Shown in pieces: positions 54,309-64,000 of a stretch of 64,000 nt of DNA. Where the stretch lies: the NCBI RefSeq assembly GCF_009914755.1, contig NC_060944.1; one strand, given 5' to 3'. Origin of the DNA: the human T2T-CHM13v2.0 reference genome, Homo sapiens. Under the pieces are notes generated by a model. It saw only the letters and a list, made by a program, of their open reading frames with translations. It had not been told where the DNA came from and did not search any database. The translations under genes and the position numbers were made by a program. Within the stretch, counting starts at the first letter, position 1; each line of letters opens with the position of its first letter.

Positions 54309-56089
54309 TCAAGCTGTGAGAGAAAATCAGATAAGAGCTTCAGCATAGAAACCAGCCAAATCATATCCACATCCTTCCTCCTGCCCAAGGATCCTTCTGA
54401 GATAGAGAAAATAGCAAGATAGCGCTATAGTTGAGAGAGACTTAGTGTCAGGAGACAAGTCTCATTTTCACCGTAAAACTCTAAACTCAAAGCATTGAAC
54501 TAGATAATCCTCAAACTCCACTGATCCTTTGTGATTTCACCTCAGAAAACATGATGGAAACAACCTGAATAATAAATTCTTAGTGCACATAGTGCTTTGC
54601 AGAGCACTTTCAATCTCATTATGTACATTTTACCGATAAAGAAACTGAGACTCAGAAAGACACTTGCCCAGGACCCCCACCCAGAGACACTAGAATAGAA
54701 TCAAAGCCACAGGCGATCCTATGGAAATCCTGGCCCTGAGACCTGGAGAACAGTTCTCTTGAAGGACAAGGGAGTCAGACAGAGGCTGTGCTTGGAGTAG
54801 GGTTCAGGAGTCCCCCTGCCCATATGCCTGGGCCTCCAGAGGGTTGAGGCTGAGAGGGCTGGAGGGAGCTCAGTGTGCCCTCATCCCCTGCTTACCTTTC
54901 ACAGGGGAAACGCAGGATTTCCCACACATGCCCATGCAACACTTCAAGTCACGCTTGCACTGGCCATCCATCTCACAGAAATTGGGGGGGTTAAGCATCA
55001 AACATTGGCCATAAGTCACTGGGCACTTCCCAGGCTTCCTCCTTGCTGGGTGAGAGTGAGGCTACCGGTCAGAGGCCTTGTACTTTATACAACCCCTCCC
55101 ATCCCCACTTTTTAGAGTGAGCCCCTGCTCCAGCTTCAGCAGGGGGGATCATCCCCTCCCCACCTCTATCACCACCACCTTCTCCCTAAGGCGGCCCCCA
55201 AACATAGCACCTGGCTCTCCTAGAACTTCAGGCCCCCCATTGATGCAGGTGGCCAGCCACCCAGTGCTGACTAGGTGGGAGGCTTCCAACTACCTGGCTA
55301 TCTAAATGCCCGCTGCTTCACCAGCTGCTGGCTACCTTCCTGCTTAGGGCAGTGTGACTCACTGACGGATTGACAAGGAGGCCTGGCAGGACCCATCACC
55401 CAGTTCCATCCCTCTAATGCTGTGTCCCCAGGCTCACTCCTCTCTACCCAGTTCCCCGACCTGCTTACTTGGGTTTGGGGTGTCAACAGGATCCAGGCAT
55501 TTGATGCCACAAGTGTCAGGACAACATCTCTTCTTCCCTGGACACTGCCAGTCACTCTGGCACTCAGGTTTCTTGTATCTAAGGCACTGGGCAGATTTCT
55601 TAGGAGGACAGACTCCAGCTTTGAAGGCTTTTGAAGAGAAAGTCAAGAGGTCAGGAGGAGGCTGGGTACTGAGGACCCATCATGCCTCCTGAACAAAGCA
55701 CCACTTTTGAGGGGGAGAGACCCTTACCTCAGTAGCTGTCCACAAAGCCCAAAGGGTCATGCCTGCCTGATCTCCAGGTGTATTGATGGGCTTGATTAAA
55801 TTAGACAAATGGACAGGGGACGTTTCACACCCAAGAAAAGGGCAGCAGGCTTCTAGTCAAGACCTCCCACCCAAGAGCAAAACAAGGCTACACAAAGGCA
55901 GAGAGGAAGGCTGGGAGTGATGGAGATGGAGAGAGGTAAACAAAGATAAATAGAACCAGTGTGAGAGAAGTTGAGAGCTAAAGCCCAAGGCAGAAGCACA
56001 GAGACAAAATAGCAGAAGCAAAGACACAAGGAAGCAGAGTCAGAAACTAATGATTTGAGAGTCGCAGACAGGTGAAGAAGAAGGCGGAG

Positions 56090-56129
<40 letters not shown>

Positions 56130-56433
56130 ACCTGGGCTGACAGCATGGCTGCATAGAGGAAGCATTTCCAGAAGCTCAAACTGTCACACAAACCTTGGAG
56201 CTCAGCCAGACATGTATTCCACCCTCAGGGAGGTCTCCCGAAACTAAGCTGAGGGATCAGAGCCTACAGAAGGGGACACACCCACACCACAAGGAGACCC
56301 CACCTCTGACCCTGCAGCCCAGATTAGACCAGAGTGACTCCAACTTACACTTTCCAGAGCCTTCCACAGCCCAAGGTGCCAGAGTTCCCAGGGCAAGCAG
56401 CACCAGGAAGGGGAAGAGGCCGCTGGACTTCAT
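54309..56433 (-). CDS. SLPI: Secretory leukocyte peptidase inhibitor (antileukoproteinase), 132 aa; coding exons 56433-56349, 55627-55469, 55045-54896, 54313-54309
   Basis: Signal peptide MKSSGLFPFLVLLALGTLAPWAVEG and two WAP domains (GVCPPKKSAQCLRYKKPECQSDWQCPGKKRCCPDTCGIKC; GKCPVTYGQCLMLNPPNFC...). All introns are GT-AG. 85+159+150+5=399 nt = 132 aa + TGA. Confidence 0.99.
54585..54720 (-). mobile_element. MIR fragment in SLPI intron 3
   Basis: ATTTTACCGATAAAGAAACTGAGACTCAGA core. Confidence 0.7.
56093..56125. repeat. (GA)n microsatellite in SLPI intron 1
   Basis: Seen directly. Confidence 0.95.
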
Positions 56434-56670
56434 GGTGAAGGCAGGAGTGACTCTGATGGCCAATGCCAAACCTCACTATTTATTCTTTCACCAGTGGGTG
56501 TGGCCCCACCAGAATTCTTTCGGCCTCTCCCAGCTACTATTGCATAAGCAGGAAACGTAGCCAGAGACCAGAAATCCTGACACCAAGGAGATTGTTTATC
56601 TTTCCTATGCCAGGTAAGGCTATGAGGCCAACACAGCAACTATCAGAAAAGAAAGGGAAGAGATTGGCCT
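56434..56670 (-). promoter_or_regulatory. SLPI: SLPI proximal promoter
   Basis: Motif matches only: TATA-like AATAAATA (56477-56484), CACCC/KLF-type box (about 56495-56503), C/EBP-type TTATGCAAT (56539-56547) beside an ETS-like GGAA, ISRE-like GAAAAGAAAGGGAA (about 56646-56659) and CCAAT (about 56663-56667). Confidence 0.7.
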
Positions 56671-57453
56671 GGGAAGTTGGTTGATTAAAGAGGCCATCTC
56701 AGTGTCCATCTGAGCCCTAAACATCACAAGATCCCAGGCCATTAGCCTTATAGGTGGAGAGAGGGAAGAAGTGGTCAATTGCAAAGGTGCTACCCGGACC
56801 TGGAACTAAAACCAGACACAGACTCCCTGCTGAGACTTTGTGCAATACATTCTATTCTCACATTGCTAATTCTGATTCTCACATTACTGGACTCTCAGGC
56901 ATTGTGAAACTCTGCTGATTACTCAATGCAGTTTCTTTCTCAAAAGTTCAGCTCGTTCAACCAACTGATACTTAGTTCCCTGAAATATTTACACCGTTAT
57001 ATCCCCAGTGCCTGTTCTGTGCCTGACACAGGAAAAGCACTCACAAATGAAAGCTGAAGAAGAGCTCCGCTCTCCACAAATCTCTCTGGAGCTCAGTTGT
57101 CTCAGCTGTGAAATGAAATGATACTAACAAGTCAGCCCTTCTCAGAGGGTTATGAAATTAAGGGCATGAAGGGACTCTGAATGAAAAGAACAAATGAATA
57201 GTATCCCTTCCCACTAAAGAGAATTGAAATGAATCTGAGATAAAGGGGGAAAGCAGCTCATCAGTCACTGTAATCTACATTTAGCTGTGAGATAATTTGA
57301 GATCTTAGAGGATTGCTTCCTAAAATTCCCCAAAATCCCTTACAGATCTCACATGACAGCAAAAAATTAAACCCATTCTATTTGCTACCCAGTCTGCATA
57401 GGTTGCTTCTAATTATAAAGAGAGCGACCATTATCTCTAAAATTCAGCCCATA

Positions 57454-57782
<329 letters not shown>

Positions 57783-58358
57783 CTACAAACTCCAAGCTCT
57801 TGACTCATTATCTTCATGCTTGGAATTCTCCCATTCATTCCTAAGGTGAAGGTTTGTGGAACTTTCCACAGACATGAAAGACCCACTCATTATCAAGTAG
57901 CGATGGCCCCACATGAAGTATTTAAGTATTCCACAACCAAACAGGCAACTGGCAGCAGATCCCTTTATACAAAAGTCACTCCATGGTTTGAATTTTGGTG
58001 GATCAGAAGACTTGGACATAATCAATCATCAGTCAAATTTTGGTGGAAAAAGAAAAGGAAGAAAATTAATATGCACAAGGTAACTACTATGAGCCAGGTG
58101 CATTCACTCTTAGTTGGAGTACTTAGTAGGGTAGGTAAGAGAGAAATGGAGGCTATGATTTCCACCAATGGGTAATGACACTCTCAGGTCAAGATTTTTG
58201 TTCTCACTTCCACCACCCAGGGGATAATTTGATTTCTCTCACAGAGTTCCTGTTCTCTCTCTCTCTCTCTCTCTCTGTTTGTTCCTATTTTCCTCAGTGC
58301 CACACTCAAGAAATTATCTGGAGTTTTCTAAATATTTATTTCTTAAAGAATGAAAAGG

Positions 58359-58654
<296 letters not shown>

Positions 58655-58899
58655 TTAAAAGGAAAATGCTACAGCTTAAGTTTTTTTTAAATCTGTGATT
58701 GACTGATTGCTCAATCTGTGATTGACTGATTAGAGCCAGCTCCTTTCTCATCAGAAAAGAGCCCTGTGCCCAATTAGCAATGTCTTCCATGGGTGTCATA
58801 AGAAGATAATAGTATATAATCATTATTATCTTTGACATAATTGGTTCTAAATGTTTACATCATAGAATGTTAAGACTAAAAAGAGGACTTCAAGGGTTT

Positions 58900-59105
58900 T
58901 CTAGATCAGCAAACTACAGTCCTTGGACCAAATCCACCTAGTTACCTGTTTTCATAAAGTTTTATTGGCACATAGCCACACATCCATTAATTTATGTATT
59001 GTCTAAGGCTATCTTTCCACTACAATGGCAACAGGGACCTAAAATATTTACTGCACAGCCTAAAATACTTATCGTCTGGTCCTTTACAGAAAATGCTAAC
59101 CCCTA
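58900..59105. mobile_element. MER58A-like hAT element
   Basis: CAGCAAACTACAG...AAAGTTTTATTGGCACATAGCCAC...TCTGGTCCTTTACAGAAAA. Confidence 0.8.
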
Positions 59106-59313
59106 GACCAAACCCACAGCTTGCATAAAAGAGACTGAATCCCTTAGAAGAAGATCCAGGCCCAAAGCTGCATAGCGGATTAACGACACACACAAGATTG
59201 AGCTTTTCTAAAACAGGTTACTCACATGCTGATCCCCAGAACCTGTCTGGTGGAGGACACTTCCACTCCTAACCAAATCTTAACCTGAGACTGACTCATT
59301 CAATCTATCTCAA

Positions 59314-59588
59314 GGCTGGGAGTGGTGGCTCACTCCTGTGATCCCAGAACTTTGGGAGACTGAGGTGGGTGGATCACTTGAGGTCAGGAGTTTGAGACCA
59401 GCCTGGCCAACATGGTGAAATCCCATCTCTACTAAAAATACAAAAATCAGCCGGGCATGGTGGTGTGTGCCTGTAATACTCAGGAGGCTGAAGCAGGAGA
59501 ATCACTTCAACCTGGGAGGCAGAGTTGCAGTTAGCTGAGGTCATGCCACTGGGCTACAAGAGTGACACTCTGTCTCAAAAAAAAAAAT
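59314..59588 (+). mobile_element. Alu (S-type, small deletions)
   Basis: Alu body with A tail. Confidence 0.95.
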
Positions 59589-59629
59589 CTATTTCACACA
59601 CCCTTTATTGCCTTCTACCTAAATCCTAT

Positions 59630-59925
59630 AGATTCCTTCATTCATTTATACAAACCATTCACACAAAAGTTGTTTAACATTTCTTACCACATGTCAGGTA
59701 TTGCACTAGGCCTAGGGCTACAGAAAAGAGCACGCCCACGGAGTCGACACCACATGGTTGTTAAGAACCTGAACTTCAAAGTCAGACTTACAGGTTGGAA
59801 GCAAATCACTGAACCTCTTTGAACTTCAGCTACCTCCACTGAAAAATGAGAGTGTTGCTGCCTCTGGAGTCGTACAGTTGTTGTGAGGAGTATTTGGAAA
59901 GCACTCAGCAAACTGTCTGGTCCCC
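59630..59925. mobile_element. L2 3' end and MIR fragments
   Basis: TTCATTCATT...CATGTCAGGTATTG, followed by a MIR-like core. Confidence 0.5.
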
Positions 59926-60107
59926 TCAGTACATTACACATTGTTTTTATTACCGGCGTGTCCCTGCACACATTAAGCGCACAGGGAGCTGTCAGTCTTT
60001 AACTAAATAGCTTAGTCCTTGGGTCTGGACCCATCTGGCTCTGTCCCATTAAATGTTTGACAAAACATGGTCTTATTTCTTGACAAAATAGACCTGATTG
60101 GGCCTAT

Positions 60108-60175
60108 TGGTAGGTAGGTAGACAGACAGATAGACAGATCTTAACTGACAGATAGATATAGATAGATAGATAGAT

Positions 60176-60218
<43 letters not shown>

Positions 60219-60265
60219 CCAGATAATCAACTATTGGTTCTGTTTCTCTGGAAAACCCTGGCTGA
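60108..60265 (+). repeat. (TAGA)n tetranucleotide STR next to an MLT2-like LTR end
   Basis: GATA array at about 60150-60218, followed by CTATTGGTTCTGTTTCTCTGGAAAACCCTG. Confidence 0.85.
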
Positions 60266-60549
60266 TGGAACCTGCTTGCCTCTGCACTTCCCAATGCCAT
60301 TTATTAAAGTTGGTTACATCATTACTTGTGAGGCTGCATCATCCTTTATGCCTTCTCTGAATACTGGCTTCCAATTACTGTCTCAAATGTTGTTAGTGTG
60401 GCCGCTTGTCCCTGACTACCAGGGTGCTGGTGACAGGGGGACCCTGGCAGCTGGTGGGTCCTGCACACACCAAGTAGCGGGACAGGGACCCTGCGCACCT
60501 CTGGGAGTCTGCACTCTCCCTGTGAGTATCCACATACTTGTGGAGGAGC

Positions 60550-60715
60550 AACAGTAAATAATTTTTTTAACACCATGGCAGATCTAGAGAGAAACTGCCA
60601 AAGAAAGTTAAAAAATTAATTTTAGTACCGTTAACACTTTTTTTCCTGCTTTTGAACAAGCAGCTCCACATTTTCACTTTGCATTGAGTCTTGTAAATTA
60701 TGTAGCCAGCCCTGG
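60550..60715 (+). mobile_element. hAT-type DNA transposon end (MER53-related)
   Basis: TTTGAACAAG...CACATTTTCACTTTGCA...AAATTATGTAGCCAGCCCTG. Confidence 0.6.
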
Positions 60716-62689
60716 AGGGGCTCAGGGTTGAAGTGAGAGGAGCATCTCATTTGCACAAGAAATGTCTCTGCCTAATCCATTATGGCTCAACACTGACCCG
60801 AGAGAGCATAGGTCAATCAGAGGAAAAAAAAAAAGACATCAACTGAAAAGCCCCTTTGGAGTTGCACAGAGATGGCCTGGAAAGCCCTGAGGAAGAGACA
60901 GGAGCAGCCACAGGCTCCTGCCAGGAGCCATCCAAGGTGGTAGGATGACTGCCCTAGATTCTAGCAATGGGGGAAGGAGTACAGAGTGAGAAGCACCCCC
61001 TTGGACTAGAACCCATGCAGTTCTCAGTCCAAGCTGGGATTCTCTGCCCCATGGCACCATTGATCCTGGCTGGCTTCAGGCACTCCAGGGGAACATAGAC
61101 AATTTTGAGGAAGACGCCCCAAGGCACAGAGCGACCTGAAGTGTGAGGTGCAGGGAAGGAGCCCCGTTGCTCAGGTCTAAGGAAGAATGTGTTTCGGGTC
61201 GCCCCATTCTGATAGCAGATGCCAGCTTCACCCTTAACTAAAAGTCACTGTGTTCTTACCTAAAATTCACTATGTTTCCAAGTCTCAAAACCAAAAAACA
61301 ACACAGAACAAAAAACTCTTTCAGAATCTGGCAGACAACCAGGTTTTCACAGCTCATTCCTGTGTGAATAAGGCAGCAACTACCTTTCCCTGGGCCTCAG
61401 TTCCTCTACCTGTCCCAAGACGGTAACTGTGACTCTAAGAAACAGCTTCATCCTGCTTCCTCTGAGGCCATCAGCTCTCCCCAAGAGCCTCAGCCAATTT
61501 TCTGACTTTCATAGTTGCCTTTATAACTTAGCTTAAAATATTGTCTTAAACAAAATACATAAAACGTCAATAATGACCAAATGGGAATGGAGACACAGAG
61601 CCAGGGAGTATGGAGATGTAGTAGGTGTGGTGGGGAGAGTATTGGGGAAAAAAAAACCCCGAGCTGAGACAGGAAGAGTAGATGAGAAAGAGATGACTGC
61701 AAGGGAGGTGGGGTCATTTAAATCACCTCTGGAAGTGTCATCCACAGGTGGTGGACATGGCAACTGGATCTCCCTAGACCTTCCAGAGAAACAGATGGCT
61801 TAGCCACTCCTTATCATTTTCCCACCCAAGAAAGTTTGAATTCTGCAATGTTTGTACTTCCTCCCCTACTGCTCATCATAGTCCTAATAAAATCTGGAAA
61901 TATGAACTGTCCTTTTAGGCCCACAAGTGAATGGGTGAAGGGCAGTAAAGCAGAATCTGGGCAAGGGTGAAAAACATCCACCATCAAAGAATTGGCAGGA
62001 GAAATTAACCAACAACGGTGGATCTCAGGTGTCTTCATACTTATTACCATGCAAGAGATGGTTGGTGTACAGATCAGGGCTCTGCACTTTATTCCTTCAA
62101 AAACTGCATGTCTGTCTCCCTAGAGGAAGGGATCCAGTTAACCTAAGGTTAAAGAAACAAAGTCTGTGGTATGTCATGAGGAAATGCTTTAGGGACCTGG
62201 TAAAACAAAAAGAAAAACAGTGCTCGGCATTAAGAAACTGCCATCATGACTACCCATGGAAGAAAACCGGGAATAGAAAAACTGGATTATTAAACTGTGG
62301 AACAGAGCTATAAGCAGCTTGGGAAAAGATGTCCCCAAATCACTAGAATCCATCTCCTTTGGTTTAGCATGTTTTGTTACATTTAAGCGTCACACAAAAC
62401 TTGGTAGATACTAATGTCAAGTCAGTTTACAGATGAGAAAAAGTGAGTCTCAGAGAAACGTTCCTGTTGCAGATCAGGAGATGGTAGGGTCTTAGATGGA
62501 CATGGCAGACGATGCCTGGTTGATCATTACTATGGGAGAGTTTGGTGTCTAAGCCTGGGGTCAGTGGAGAGCACCACTATGAGGACACCTCTGTGGCCCA
62601 AACAGAGCAGAGTGCCAGAAAGACCATGAAAGACTCACACTTGATAGCATCACTTCTGGCCTCTGGGACCCTGTGGTCAGCTAGAGAGG

Positions 62690-63100
62690 CATGACGATGA
62701 TACTGGACTCAGGACACTGGGCTGGAATCCCAGCTCTGTCCAATTTGATGTAGAACCTTCCTTTCTCTGGGCCTCAGTTTCCCTATTTGTAAGATCAGTG
62801 CATTGGAACAGATGCTCTTTAGAGGCCCCAAGTCTTAGATTCTAGCTGGGTTTTTGCCTTATAGAGGACTCTCAGGACCCAGAGAGCCAACTTTCCTGAA
62901 TAAAAAGCCTAGGAATAGACACCATGCATGACCCCGAACTTCACAGTGGACCAAGCACTTTTATATCCCATTTTAAAGAAAAGGAAATGGAACCTCAGAG
63001 AGTAAGCCCACTTGCCCAAGATGACACAGCAAGTCAGAGGTACAGTAAGATTCAAACCCAAGTCTTCAGAATTCAGCCACATACTGCTTCATTATGGTCC
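62690..63100. mobile_element. Two MIR fragments in opposite orientations
   Basis: CTCTGGGCCTCAGTTTCCC on the plus strand and CCCATTTTAAAGAAAAGGAAATGGAACCTCAGAG in the opposite orientation. Confidence 0.7.
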
Positions 63101-63199
63101 CTCCAAGACTTCTTTAGTCCTAAACCCAGAGTTGGAGATGCCTGGGATAGTAGCACTGTCCAGATAATCCTTCGGCGGAAAGTTAAAAAATGATCTTAA

Positions 63200-64000
63200 A
63201 GATGCAAGAAGTGAGAGTGCTGAATAAACCAAGGAGAATAGGTGCTATTTTCAGGTGCAATTTGAGCAAGGGCTCAAACTATAGCTCCCACAAGATTCTC
63301 TCCACGGCACTTCTCTTCATGTTGGCTTCATTCTTAGTCAGGCTCCCTCTTAGCATTTATAATATGGCTGTGGCATCTCCTCCCATCTTCCCAAATTCAT
63401 GTCTAGTAAGGGCTTTTTCTGGGCAACTCAACTAACTAGGAGTGGCTAGAATTAAATCTTTAAACCAATGATTGGGACCAGGGAACTGGGATGTACCGAT
63501 TGGTTTAAGCCAAGGCCACAATACTCATCACCATGTGTACTCATCCCCAAATCCAGTGGAATTTTCAGAGTGGGAGAGGGAATGATTCTCCTGGGGTAAA
63601 TTAGGATATAGCTACCAGCAGAAGGGTGAAAGGATGCTCAGTGGTAAAAATAGCAGTGAGTGTTCTCTAAAGTATACCCCTTTTGGTTACTGAAATCTAC
63701 ATAACTAAATTTTTTCAAATACTTTCTAAACCAACATCTACATAAAATGCACTCAACCTCTCTCCCAAAGAAAGACAACAAAATGTCTCTCTGGGTACTA
63801 TATTCATCTCCAGTTCTGCAATGTGGGTGAAAGCAGTTCTGTCAGTTAAATTTATAGTCTTCACAGATTAAGTTTAATAAGCTTAAGTAAATTTAACCAC
63901 TTCAAATGCACCCAATATAGAATGGTAGATTGAGGGCGGAATGACTGCAATAAAAAGTCCTATTTGCAAAAGGGAAATATAGGAAGATATATACAAATTG
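63200..64000. mobile_element. Old MLT1-type MaLR LTR and internal remnants
   Basis: TTGGCTTCATTCT..., AAACCAATGATTGGGACCAGGGAACTGGGATG...GATTGGTTTAAGCC. Confidence 0.5.

Overview
Primate (very probably human chromosome 20q13.12) WFDC/semenogelin locus. It holds three intact protein-coding genes whose exon structures can be rebuilt from splice sites: SEMG1 (+, 462 aa), SEMG2 (+, 582 aa) and SLPI (-, 132 aa). Between SEMG2 and SLPI lie two tandem WFDC15-like WAP-domain pseudogenes, not resolved by the ORF track, whose lesions are complementary. The non-coding DNA is repeat-rich (L1, Alu, LTR, DNA transposons, MIR, purine tracts) and appears to be a triplicated cassette: L1 5' block, SEMG gene, GA-tract flank, old L1 block, WFDC15. 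The third unit (about 35.3-50.6 kb) has lost its gene at a junction containing a roughly 60-bp inversion. Other rearrangement scars include two short templated insertions copied from about 2 kb downstream, an orphan 670-bp insert between two purine tracts, and a probable 1.6-kb retroposed sequence. Repeat family names are recalled from consensus sequences, and identities and repeat boundaries were estimated by eye.
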